Positions 1 to 11,900 of a stretch of DNA of 64,000 nt are shown one piece after another (within the stretch, counting starts at the first letter, position 1; each line of letters starts with the position of its first letter). Location: positions 512,001 through 576,000 of the forward strand of contig CAXXQS010000002.1 of the NCBI GenBank assembly GCA_963674735.2, given 5' to 3'. The notes under the pieces were generated by a model. It searched no databases and had not been told where the DNA came from. It worked only from the letters and a program-made list of their open reading frames with translations. The position numbers and the translations under genes were made by a program. Source of the DNA: Myxococcota bacterium (GTDB taxonomy: Bacteria; Myxococcota_A; SURF-8).

Positions 1-8
1 TCACTCAC
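1..8 (-). CDS. Possible 5' end of a gene divergent from the WYL regulator (runs off the window)
   Basis: Minus strand reads GAGGAAG-tccct-GTG AGT GA.., an RBS-like run followed by a GTG at 6-8. Only 8 nt are visible. Confidence 0.35.
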
Positions 9-157
9 AGGGACTTCCTCTTACGTCTAAACCACAAATTACAGAACCTATTTATTATAATTTTTTTTCTGCTTACGTCAAGAAAACGCTTTGTTTTCAA
101 GGGGTTTTAAATTTCACAGATCCTACACAAGAAGTTTTTTGGCCTATTGACCGGAGT

Positions 158-178
158 GTGTGACATATTACGACACAC
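158..178. promoter_or_regulatory. Imperfect palindrome GTGTGAC-N7-GACACAC, candidate WYL-regulator operator
   Basis: One mismatch from a perfect GTGTGAC-N7-GTCACAC. Lies just after a TTGACC at 147-152, upstream of the WYL gene. A 16/17 copy occurs at 39251-39267. Confidence 0.5.
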
Positions 179-261
179 ATCCAAGTGCATGATCAAACTC
201 CACTCGGATTCTGTTTTCTGATGTGTATTGATGAGAAGTACTGCGTCGATCGGAGGAAAGT

Positions 262-1272
262 ATGGCAGGCGGCCGTCCCAAGGGTAAGTATTCCCAAGCC
301 TATCGCCTCGTCCGAATGCTCGAAATGCTGCTGGCCCGTCATCATCTTACGGTCAAGATGGTGATCGATGAGTTCAATATCTCGCGGCGGACCGCCCACC
401 GCGACCTAGCCACCTTGCAGGAAACCTACTCCATTTGCGAGGCCGGAAGCTTGCCCGACGGACAAAAAATCTGGCGTCTGGTTGGAACACGCCAAAATGA
501 GATCCTGAAACTCTCGGTGATGGAGATGGCGGCGTTGTTCATGGGGAAAAATCTGTTCAATTTTACCCGTGGCACCGCCTTGAAAAACAGTATCGATTCG
601 CTGTTTACCAAGGTCTCACATCGGCTGGCCTCCAACCGCAGCAGTTACCGAACGCGGCTTGAAACAAAGTTCTACTGCACCCCCGGATCTCCGAAAGATT
701 ACACGGGGTTGGATGATCAACTCAATGAACTGGTAACCGGTCTGCTGGAAGAACAGGCGGTGGAAATCGAGTACCAGCGGCCGGGCTCCGACCCCTACCG
801 CGATACCATTCACCCCTGGTCCCTGGTGGTGCACAACCACGCCCTTTACCTGATCGCCTATTCCGAACGCGCCGAGGCAGTCCGGACTTTCGCCGTCGAA
901 CGGGTCCGTAGCGCCAAATGGAAAAAGGGAGTTTCATTCGATTATCCGGAGGGTTACACACCCGGAGACTATCTGTCACATGCCTTCGGGATCACCGTCG
1001 GACAACCCGTGACGGTTTTGTTGCAGCTTCGCCCCGAGGTGGTCGATTATTTCCGCCATCGACAGTGGCATCCCAGCCAGAAAATCGAAACATTCGACAA
1101 CCAGGCGACACGAGTTCATCTGGAAGTCCCGATCACGGCCGAGCTGGTCTCATGGCTGTTGTCGTTCGGCGACAAGATCGAGGTGATGGAGCCGACCTCG
1201 TTGCGCCGCCAATTGCGCAAGGAATCGCTGGGAATCATGACTCTCTACGAACCGGATGCCCCTCTGAACTGA
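262..1272 (+). CDS. WYL-domain transcriptional regulator (HTH-WYL-WCX; PafB/DriD/BrxR-like)
   Basis: N-terminal HTH (ISRRTAHRDLATL), WYL core (IHPWSLV..ALYLIAY..VRTFAVERV) and WCX tail (QWHPSQ..ELVSWLLSFGDKIEVMEP). GGAGG RBS. Confidence 0.92.
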   Translation: MAGGRPKGKYSQAYRLVRMLEMLLARHHLTVKMVIDEFNISRRTAHRDLATLQETYSICEAGSLPDGQKIWRLVGTRQNEILKLSVMEMAALFMGKNLFNFTRGTALKNSIDSLFTKVSHRLASNRSSYRTRLETKFYCTPGSPKDYTGLDDQLNELVTGLLEEQAVEIEYQRPGSDPYRDTIHPWSLVVHNHALYLIAYSERAEAVRTFAVERVRSAKWKKGVSFDYPEGYTPGDYLSHAFGITVGQPVTVLLQLRPEVVDYFRHRQWHPSQKIETFDNQATRVHLEVPITAELVSWLLSFGDKIEVMEPTSLRRQLRKESLGIMTLYEPDAPLN

Positions 1273-1309
1273 ACCCCCACCGGACGACCCTCCTGCCGTC
1301 CGGATATTA

Positions 1310-1337
1310 AAACGGACCGCTCTTTAGCGGTCCGTTT
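1310..1337. terminator. Bidirectional intrinsic terminator between convergent genes
   Basis: Perfect 12-bp stem AAACGGACCGCT-cttt-AGCGGTCCGTTT. Confidence 0.8.
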
Positions 1338-1360
1338 GCTTGTGTGGGATATCGTCGATC

Positions 1361-2875
1361 TTATTGAATGGTGAAGGGATAGGAAACCGTGACCGATCCA
1401 CCCGATTTGGGGAAGCGGATCCGTTCGATGGTCGCGCCGACACAGTCGGCCACGTAGGTGCCCTTGAATTTTTCGGAGAGAACGTTCGCTCCCACCACCG
1501 ATCCACGGCGACTGACCGTGAAACGCATATTCATCGTACCCGAAATGGCCCCATATTTCTTCTGAGCGGAAACGCAGGCGGCAATACGGCCCATGTTCTG
1601 GCGGATGACTTTGTTGACTTCTCCCTGGGACAAGGGCTCTTTGCGGTTGATGCCGGTCGTACTCAACTCACCGATGGTCTCCATCTCGGTGCCGTCGCCG
1701 TCCATGGAAAAATCGAGTTCCGTCACGCCGCCATTACTTCCACCGCCGCCGCCGCCATTGCTGCCGCCTCTGCGACGGGCAGCAAGAGCCTGACGCCGCT
1801 CCAAGGCGCGCCGTTGGCGTTCCAGACGCTCTCGCCGGGCTTTCTCGGCCTCTTCGGCCAGACGCTGGCGCTCTTCTTCTTCCTTGGTGGCCTTCAACGC
1901 GATCTTGGCTTCATCGATCTTGACCAGCATTTCCCACTGCTCACGCAGCTTGGCGTAGTGATCGACCTCTTCCTTCTTGAAGTAGATCCCGATAACCGGA
2001 ACTTTGTCCAGGTAGGGGACTTCGATCACTTGTTTCTGATGCAGAACCAACGGCGTCGCGATAACCACGATCAGCAAAGATAAAAGAATCGCAATCGGAA
2101 TGATCGGAATCTTCTTTTTCGTCGGGGGAACGTATTCCTCGATCTTCACCGAACGCCGCTTCGCATCGACGGGTTGCCCGGCCGTCGGCACGACGCGAGA
2201 AGCGCCGGAATCGTTTTTCGCCATTAACTCGGAAAGATCGATTTTCTGCGAGGCCGCAGGCTGGGCCGCCTGAAGCTTGTCGCCGGTTTCCGATTTCAGC
2301 AGCTCCGTAAAAGTCGGTCGCGGCGGTTTGGCAGGGGAAGGGGTCGGGGCTTCCGTCGTCTCGGCTTGAGCGGGTTGCTCCGGCTGCGGAGCAGACACGG
2401 AACGCGCCCGCTCCATGATAGCGACGACCTGAGCGAATTCGGCGACCTCTTGAATGCGCTTCCAATTATCGAAACCGGCACGCCAGACGTAAACCTCACC
2501 CTTGACGACCACCTTGGCCAGGTGCTCGCCGATCTGGGCGACGGTCATGGGGCCGCGCTTGTTTTTACTGTAAGCCAGATACCAGGCCGCTTGCCCCGCC
2601 GGGGACGGCTCTTCGCTCAAGGGCTTGCCCTCCATGGTCAAACGCGGTTTGGCGGCCGTTTCGGGTTGGGAAGCGGGAGCCGCAGGCCGCACCACACCGG
2701 CGCTTTTGGGATCCATCACCGTTTTGGCCAGATCGCTCGGGTCGGCCTCGCTGACTTCGGGACGAACCTGCACAACGGCACCGCAACGTTTACAGGTAAA
2801 CCGTAGCGCCCGGCCTTGCACCTTTTCATCGGGCAGATTATAACCTGCTCCGCACTTATCGCATTGAATTCGCAT
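1361..2875 (-). CDS. GltJ/AgmX-like protein: zinc ribbon + GYF_2 + TM + TonB-like C-terminal domain
   Basis: CxxC..CxxC ribbon (CDKC/CKRC), GYF_2 motif (WY..RGPMT..VYVWRAGFDNWK), one TM helix, coiled coil, Gly-rich linker and an AgmX/PglI-type C-terminus ending VSYPFTIQ. Confidence 0.8.
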   Translation of the reverse strand: MRIQCDKCGAGYNLPDEKVQGRALRFTCKRCGAVVQVRPEVSEADPSDLAKTVMDPKSAGVVRPAAPASQPETAAKPRLTMEGKPLSEEPSPAGQAAWYLAYSKNKRGPMTVAQIGEHLAKVVVKGEVYVWRAGFDNWKRIQEVAEFAQVVAIMERARSVSAPQPEQPAQAETTEAPTPSPAKPPRPTFTELLKSETGDKLQAAQPAASQKIDLSELMAKNDSGASRVVPTAGQPVDAKRRSVKIEEYVPPTKKKIPIIPIAILLSLLIVVIATPLVLHQKQVIEVPYLDKVPVIGIYFKKEEVDHYAKLREQWEMLVKIDEAKIALKATKEEEERQRLAEEAEKARRERLERQRRALERRQALAARRRGGSNGGGGGGSNGGVTELDFSMDGDGTEMETIGELSTTGINRKEPLSQGEVNKVIRQNMGRIAACVSAQKKYGAISGTMNMRFTVSRRGSVVGANVLSEKFKGTYVADCVGATIERIRFPKSGGSVTVSYPFTIQ

Positions 2876-2968
2876 GTCTTTTCACTTCTTTATAGCGAAA
2901 CGTCCCCCACTTGCCTGCGCATTTCATACCATGAAAAATACGGCCCGGTCAAGTGAGGGACAACGGAT

Positions 2969-5900
2969 TTAAAGGATCGAGAAGCCCAGATAATTCCGCA
3001 GGTGGAAATACGCTTCCGAAATCGAGAACGCGATCAAATCCGCCACGAGGTCGTCCGTCGAAACCTTGCCGACCGGGCTTTTATGCTTTTTAAGCGTCTC
3101 GATGGCCGTGGACAGATCGTTGCACATCAGCATACCGGCACGATTGGCCGACAACACCAGGGCTCTGCGCCAACGGTCGATATCCAGATCGTCGGCGATC
3201 TGAGCGTACTCCGAAACGAAGCCCGAAAGCGTGGGCCGCAATTTCTTCGGCAGGGCGCGGTCGATCTGCTTGGACAGATTCTTGGCGGTCTTCGCATCCG
3301 TCTTCCCCTTGAATCCGGCATCGAACAGCAGGGTGCTGGCGTCCAGCAGGGAGCGGATCTGCTCCGCCGGGAGGGTCAGGGTGGTCAGGAAGTCCGGTCG
3401 TGCCAGAACCGCGTTTTTAGCCACCAGGAAGACCAGTTCGCGTTGCGGGTAATTCTCGAAGGCATCGGCCCCGATCAACAAGCCCGCCGGGCGAATGGGC
3501 AGAGGTTCGACGCCGGGACCGTAGCCCTTGCGAGTATAAATGTCCGGCTGCGGCAGGCCGAGAGCCTTGAGAATGTACGTGGTGGTCGTGCAGAAGTTGA
3601 GATGCTCGCCCAGATCGAGGCGGTCCTTCTTCTTCAGATTTTCCTTGCGCAGATCGGACGGCATGAGCCCCGACATGTGGTGGAACAGGATGTTGAGAAT
3701 CTGGCCCACATTGTGGCGCGCATCCTCGTGCAGCAGCAGGGAACCCCACAACTGACGATCCAGCGTGTTGATGGCCTCGCGTTTGACCTCGTGCAGGTTC
3801 TCTTTATAGAACGCCGCCGCCGGAACCTCGGTTTCACCGAGCGCGGCCACCGCCGAACCGAAGCAGAAGGCCTCGTCGAAGTGTTCCGACTCGAAGCTGA
3901 TCTTCCACAATGCCCGGTAGGAATTGATGCGTTCCGGTTTTTTGGCGATCAGGCTGCGGTGCATCGCGATAGCCTGCTCGCGGTATTCCGGTGAACGGGC
4001 GTACAGATCGGCGATATGTTCCTGCACCTCTTCGTTATCGGGTTCGAGCTGCGCCACCACTTCCCAGGCCTTGATGGCGTCGTCCAGGTTCCCGGCCTTG
4101 TCGGCCAAAAGCGTCCCGAGCTTCTTCCACAAGTCCAGCCGCCGTTCGGCCTGTTCGTTGGGAAGGCGCGCGATCATGAGGCGGTAGTTGTTATCGAGTT
4201 CCTCCCAGTTCTCCTGTTTGAGGAGCAGATCCTCGATCATCTCGAACACATCCAGGCGTTCCGGTTTGAGGTCCAACGCATGGTTGTAATAAGTCAGACA
4301 GGCTTCCGGATTTTCGTCGTGTTCCCTCAGCAGGTTACCTAACTCCAAATCGAGGAAGATCAGACGGTCGGGATCGGTTTCGATGGACACCGCCGACTTC
4401 AACACGCCGATGGCATCTTCGATATTCCCCGCGCTGACCAACAGTTTCGACACCTTGGCCAGCAGCTCCACATCGTTAGCCTTGATTTCAAGGGCGTAAC
4501 GATACGCTTCCAGACCTTTATCGGGCGCATCGAGACGATCGGAATAGACGTCGCCGATGGCGCGCCACTGTTCGAACAACTCATCGCCTTGCAGCCGCTT
4601 GATCAGCTTGCTGCGGAATTGCAGGACTTTCTTCCAGTTCTCCAGCGACTCGTAGAAGAACACGATCGCCTTGAGTGCGCGCACGGATTCGGGATCGAGT
4701 TCGAGGGCCTTTTCGTACATGCGTACGGCCACGTCGTTCTTTTCGATCTGGCCGTTCACTTCACCCAGGCGGCAGAACAGCTCGACCAGCTCGGGCACGC
4801 TCTTGCGCTCGCGGAAACGAACCAGGATCGTCTGGTAAACGCGGAAGGCGCGCTCCCAGTCCTCGCGCTTGTACAACGCCCGGGCCAGACCTTCGAGCGT
4901 AGCCAGGTTGTTGGAATCGAGTTTGTAGGAGGCCGTGTAATGCTTGAGCGCCTCCGAATCGTCGTTCTGTTGCTCGGAGATGTAGGCCAGCTTGTAATGA
5001 ACCTGAGCCTTGTCGGCTTCGGTCAGTTCGTCGGGCAGATCAAGCAGTCTGGCCAGGACGTTCTGCCCGGCTTCCCACTCCTGCCGTTCGAAGTAAATGT
5101 GTCCGAGTACGCGCAAGACCGGCGCGAAGGTGTCGGCCAGTTCCAAGGCCTCGCGATAGAGCGTCAGAGCGCCGTCCACGTCGCGCTCCATATCGTGATA
5201 GTAGCGGCCTTCCTCATACAGCAGTTCGGCCTTCTCACGCGGATCTTCGACGTACCGTTTCTCTTCTTCCACCATGCGCAAAAACTCGGGCCAGTTTTCG
5301 GTGGCGGCATAGTACTGGCGCAAGGCTCGCAGAGCCGGGACGAAAGTCGGATCTTCGGCCACCATGCGATCGAAAACCGCCTTGGCTTTCTCGCGGTCGC
5401 CGAGGTTGTCGAGGTAGAGCTGTCCCAAACGCGCCAACGCATCGACGCGCTCGGCCTTGTCGTCGGCCAACCCGGCCAAGTCGTCCAGGGTCTCAATGGC
5501 CTCGTCCCACTTCTCGTTGGCGATGTACAGCTCCGACAGGGCCCGCATGACACCCAAGTTGGTCTCGTCGATCTTGAGCGCTTTCTGGAAGTACTCGATC
5601 GCCTTGGCGGGCTGGAACAGGTATTCGCCGTAGATCTTACCCATTTCGGTGTAGAGACGAACGATCTCGTCGGCGTCGATCACCTGATCGATATGGCGCT
5701 GATAGGTCGACGCCAGCGCGGGCCAATCGGCGGCTTCGCGGTAGATCCGTTCGAGAGTGGCGATGGCTTCCATGTTGTTGGGCTGGATGGCCAGCATCTT
5801 TTCAAGATAATTGACGGCCATGTCGAGCTGCTCGAACTTGGTCTCCCAGATGTCGGCCATTTTGCGGTAGATGCTCAGCTTGTCGGCATCCGCCTCGGCC

Positions 5901-8900
5901 ACGTTGACACGGCGAGACAACACTTCCAGCAGTTCGTCGTAATTCGCTTCGGACTCGTAGATATGCTCCAGTTGATCCAGAGCTTCCTGGTGTTTGGGAT
6001 CGTCGGCGATGATGGAACGGTAGTAGACCTTGGCCTGCCCCAGATCGTCGAGACGCTCCTGGTACAAGCGGGCGATGGACAAGCGGATGGCCGAGATTTC
6101 GTCCTCCGCGATCACCATGTGCAACTTGTGGCGCAGCTGTTCGACCAGGTCTTCGTAGCGGTCCAGACGCTGGAAGATCCCGATCAGGGCATCGTTGGCT
6201 TCCAGGCAGGCATCGTCCATCTTGAGCACCTGTTGCAGCGTGCGGATGGCGCGGTCGGTTTCGCCAAGATGGGTGTCGAAAATGTGGCCGACCTTCACGC
6301 CGACGATCACTTTCTGTTCAAGGTTCATATGCGGCACCTTGAGGTGATAGGCGTCGACCAATTCCTGCCAATCTTCGATGGTTTCGTAGTAATCGATCAG
6401 GAAGTCCACCGCCTGATCGTCATAGGCGCCCGTTTCGAGGAACATCTTGAAGTATTCGGCGGCCAGATCGGGATTCTCGGCCTTTTCTTCGTAGAGCCGC
6501 GCCACCTTCATGACCAGGACGCGGTAGAGCCGTGCGTCCGCCTCGATTTGGGGCAGGATGTCGCGAACCAAATGCGCCAGTTCCAAATGCTTGCCGGTGC
6601 TTTCGGCCAGCTCTTCCAGATGCGCCAGCAAGGCCTCGTCGGAGGGATCGCGGCGGAACACTTCGGCCAGAGCGCCGAAGGCCTGTTCGGGCTGCTGGAG
6701 GCGCGTTTCGTAGATTTCCGCCATCTGACGGTAGAGATCGGCCTGGTCGGCTTTTTCGAAGGCTTCGCTCAGCCGAATTTCCAGAATACCGATCAGTTCG
6801 GTCCACGCGCCGTCACGGCGGTAGATCGGTTCGAGCAGCTCGGCGGCCTGCAGGTTGCCCGGACGCAAACTCAAAACGCGTTCCAGGCACTGGCGCGTCT
6901 TGTCTAGGTTGTTCAAACGATCCTGCCACAGATCGGCCATGCGGAAGTTGAGGGCGACGATGTCCGACTCGTCCTCGCTGGCCGTAGCTTGCTTTTCGAG
7001 AATCTCCATGTGCAGTTCGTGGGCCGGTGAGTTCTGGAACATGCGCTCCAGTCGACCCAATTCGGCCAAGGTCGGCTCCATGCCGAGCACCTGGCGCGCC
7101 AGGCTCTCGCCTTCGGCCAGATTGTCGATGCGCTCGACCTGGATGGACGCGAGACGCAGATACAGGGAGCGCAGTTCGTCGCCCTGCACCTTCGGCACCA
7201 GCCGCTTCAGCAGCTCGGCCAATTCGCGCCAGTTCTGATTGGCGAGGTAGATTTCCTCCAGCGTGTCGATGACCTCCAGATCGTCGGGGGTATATTCGAG
7301 CACCTTGAGGTAAAGCTGGGTGGCCATGTCTTCGCGTTCGAGACGCAGGCGATAGACGCCGGCCATACGCTTGGTGAGCGCCGCGCGTTCCTGGCCGCCG
7401 CGTGCACCCCGCAGGCGTTTCTTGTAATGCGCCACCAACTCGTTCCACATTTCTTCGTGCTGGTACAGCTCTTCGAGCTTCACCATCACCTGCTCGTTCT
7501 GCTCGTCGAACTGCAAGACGCGATTCCAAAGCGGAATGGCTTCGCGGGCCTGACCGAGCTTTTCGTACAACACCTGGGCCATTTTTCCGTAGAGACGCGC
7601 CTTTTTGGTGTCGCCGCGCGCGATGCGCACTTCAGCCTTGTAGATCTCGATGAGCTCCGGCCATTCCTCTTCGGCTTCGTAGAGACGTTCGAGCGCCGCC
7701 AGCGCAACGGCGTTATCGGGCTGCTCGTCGAGCACCTGACGATAGACGTCGATGGCGGTGAGGTTGTCCTGCAGTTTTTCTTCCCACAAAGCGCCCAAAC
7801 GCAGACGCTGTTCGATCACTTCCTTCGGATCGTCGAACAACTCGAACTGGTTGGGAATCAATTCCACCAAATCGCTGTATTGCTCCAGGTGTTCGTAGAG
7901 ACGATCCAGAGCCAGCATGGCGGTGAAGTTTTTCGGATCGAGTTTCAGAACGCCCCGGTAGCTTTCCACCGCTTCTTCCGGGTTCTGCAACTGCTCTTCG
8001 TAAATCCGGGCGATTTTGGTGAGGATCTCCAGCTTGAGCGCTTCGTCGGCAACCTGGTCGAAGAAGGCGCGATAGGTATTGACCAGCCCCTCGAAACCGC
8101 CGGTCACAACCGCCAGGCGTTCCATTTCGAGTCGCGCGTCCTGATCGTGGAAATCCTCCTCGAAGATGCGGCAGGCGACCTGGAAGGCGCGCGAGGCATC
8201 CGACAGCTTGTGCTCGTAAAGCGATTTGATGCGACCGAGAACGGCGATGCGCTCGGCGGTTTCGCCCAGGGTGTCGAACTGCGATTCCAACAGATCCGCC
8301 AGACGCTCCCACCAACCCTTCGCTTCGAACAAAGGAGCCAGCACGTCGAGAACCTGACTTTGCAGATCGAGGTTGGCGATCATGTGCTCCAGGCTGCGGA
8401 TAGCGTCGAGGTATTCGTCGTCATCGTCGAGAATCGAGCGATAGACGTCAAAGGCTTCGGCGGCGTCTTCCAGACGTTCTTCGATAACCCGGCCCATGCG
8501 GTAGGTGAGTTCCAGCTTTTCAACCTTCTCATCGGCCAGCGCCACGCGCCGCGCCAAAATGCCGCGCAGGGCGCTCCAATCGGCCAACCCGGCGTACAGG
8601 CGATCGAGTTGATTCAAGGTGGGCAGGTGATCGGCATCGACATCCAGCACCTTGAGGTAGCAATCCACCGCGCCGTTTGGCTCGGAGAGCTGGTGTTCGC
8701 GCGTTTCGGCGGCGCGGGTGTAAAGGGCGATGCGCTCGGCCGTTTCCTCGCTCAGGTCGGCCTTGGTGAAGAACACGTCGACCAGTTCCTCCCACTTGGC
8801 CAACCGCTCGAAGATCTCTTCGAGGGCGTCGAGAGCCTGGAGGTTGTCGCCCTGCCGTTCACGGGCGGCCGAGTAATCGGCTTCGGCGGCGGCCGGATCG

Positions 8901-11900
8901 TCCTGCTCGCGCAGGCAGATACGACCGGCATTCAACAGGACGTCCACCTGCAAGGCGACATCGTCGTTTCCGGCGACCCGGTTGCGATAGGCGGCGGCCA
9001 GTTCGTCGAAACGGTTGGTTTCGGCGGCCAGACGTTCCATTTGCTCGCGGATGGCTTCGTTGGGTACATCGTTGATAAACGCGCTGACGGTGAACGCAAA
9101 GGCACGGTCGAGCAGGTTGAGTTCGATTTCCGCCAGATCGGCCATGCGCAGGAACAGGTCGCGCTTGGGCTCGCCCGCATCGGCGTATTCGGCCTGAATC
9201 GCCAATACGTCGATCAATTCGGCGGAAAGGCTTTCCTTGGTGTAGATGGGCTCCATGAAACGGGCGGCGGCCAGCTCGGAGTCGCTCTCGACGAGCATGC
9301 CTTCCATGGCTTCACGGCAAGCCGGATGCGCATTGTTTTCGGACAGGACTCCGGCGAAGACATCGAAGGCCGCCTGCCAGTCGGATACTTTTTCCCAGTA
9401 GACCATACCGATGGCGTAGCGCAGATCCCAGCGTTGTTCGTCGGTCTCGGCGATCTCGAGTTGGCGGCTGCGCATGGCGATCAGCTTGTCCCACAACGAT
9501 TCGACGGTGCTCAGGCGTACCAAGGCGCGCAGCACGTCATCGTCGCTATCGTCCATTTCAAGCATGCGCTCATAGGTGCCGATGGCGTCGAGGTTCTGCC
9601 CCAGCTCCTCTTCGAAGATGTTGCAGATCTGGAAGAGGATGTTTTTCTTGTCTTCCAGGCCTTCGGTGATTCCGTTTTTGGATTCCAGGATCTCGATGAG
9701 TTCCGGCCATTTTTTCTGCAGCGAGTAAATACGCTCCAGATAGCCCAGCGCCTCGGGATGGTCGGGATGCAGCTCCAGCACATGGCGATAGTAACCGGCG
9801 GCCGTTTCCACTTCCTGCAGGTAGGTCTCGGTGATGTGCGCCAGGTTCATCAGCAGGTCGACCATATCGGCGGCCTGGGTGTCGGAATCGAGTTTGTCGA
9901 TCTCTTCCAGATACAGGGTGGCGAGCTGTTCGTACATGCCCAGCAGACCCGCCAGCCGCTCCAACTCCGACTGCACGAAGTCGTCGGTGGGCCTTTCGCG
10001 GAAGGCGCGCGTAAAGACGCCGTAGGCCATGTTGGTCTGATCGAGGCGGTCTTCGTAGGCTTGCGCCATGGCCTTGAGCAGACGCACGCGCTCGGGGATA
10101 TCGTCGGAATGGGAGAACTGGTGTTCCTGCATGTCGATCATGCGGTTCCAGTCTTCGCGGTCACGGTAGAAGGGCTCCATGAACTGCGCCAGTTCGGCCT
10201 GGAACTCGTCGCGCTCGACGTATTCCTCCAGTTTGATGAGGGCTTCCTCATCCGCGCTGTCGACCGTGATCACATCCTTGTACAGATCCTTGGCGGTCAC
10301 GAAGTCGTCGAGCCGTTCCTCGTGAATAACGGCCTTGTCCAGCTTGAGGCGGTTCTGCTCGGCGGGGTAATCGATGAGCGAAATCTTGTGCGCCAGCAAA
10401 CCCGCCAGCTTTTCCCATTGTTCCTGTTGGGTGTAGAGGCCGAGCAGGTGGTCGACCACTTCGATGTCCTGGGGCGTCAGATCGAGAACTTGCTCGTAAT
10501 AAGGCGTGGTGCCCATGGGATCGTCGAGTTGATGTTCGAACAGAATGCAGATGTTCTGGTACAGCTCTTTTTTCTCGGCGATGTCTTCGGTGAGTTCGAT
10601 GCGCTGCAGGTAGATATCGCGCAGTTCCTCCCAGCGTTCGGTTTTGCGGCACAGGCCTTCAAGCGCGCCGATGGCGGTCATGTTGTTGCGATCGCGGTCA
10701 AGCACTTTGCGGTAAGCGCGAATCGAATCTTCCTGGAAGGCCAGGATGTCTTCATACAAACGCGCCGCCTTGATGAACAAGGTGGTCGATTCATCGTCCT
10801 CTTCGGCGGCCGTACCGGCGTTTTCATACACCTCGGCCAGCTCTTTCCAGGCCCCCAGTTCGCCTGCCAGTTTTTCCAATTCTTCGAGCGCGGCCTCATT
10901 GCGGCAGTCGTCGATGAAGACACGCGCGAATCCCTCGAAGGCCTTTTCGGGATCCTGCAGTTTTTCCTGGTAGATGTTGGACAGCTTGGCCAGCAGCTTG
11001 GCCTTTTCCTGCGTATCCTCTTCGTGGCGAATCTGGATTTCGTAGACGTTCACCAGCCGTTTCCAGTCGGCCACTTTGATGTATTTCTGTTCCATCTCGT
11101 TGGCGATGGTGAGCTGGGTGGTGTCCTGGGCCAGCAGACGGTCGACCAGCGCCCCCACCACCGGGTAGTTCCAGTAGTTGCGCACCAGTTCCAGGTACAA
11201 TTCCATGGCTTCGTCGCGACGGTCCAGGTTGTTTTCGAGCAGCGAACCGATCTGAATTTTGACCGGCAGAATCTCGTCGTCCTCACGCAGGTATTTGAGT
11301 TTGCGTTCCAGCAGGTCGAGCAAGTCGGCGTAACGTTCCTGATCGCCGTAAATCTCCTCCATTTTGTCGAAGACCTGCGGGTCGTTCTCGCGTTCCTCCA
11401 TCAGGTCGGACAAAATCTCCAGCGAGCGATCGGGATCACCCAGACGGCGGAAGCGCAGATCGGCCATTTCCAGAGCCGATTCGCGCCGGACGTTTTTCTC
11501 GGCGGCCACGGCGCATTTTTTCTCCAGCAGATCGGCCAGTTCCGAGGCATCGTCGCGGGCGCGGGCCAGATCGATCAGGGCATCGATGGCCGCCTCGTTT
11601 TCGGCTTCCACATCGAGAATGTCGAGATAACGTTGACGGGCGGCGTCGGTATCTTCCAGCACCGCCAGTTCGGTTTCGGCCAGGGCGAACAGCAGGCTGA
11701 CCCGCTCGGCGTCTTCCAGTTCCTGTTCGAGCTTGTCGTCACCCAGAATAATGAAGGTGGCCTGCTCGTTGGTTTCGGTGGCACATAACGCCAGTTCCTT
11801 GAGCAGCCCCACGCCGCGGCCGTCCAAAAAGGCCTTGCCGTACCATTCGAGGGCTTTGACGTAATCGGCGAATTCCTCCTCATAAAGCGAGGCCACGCGC

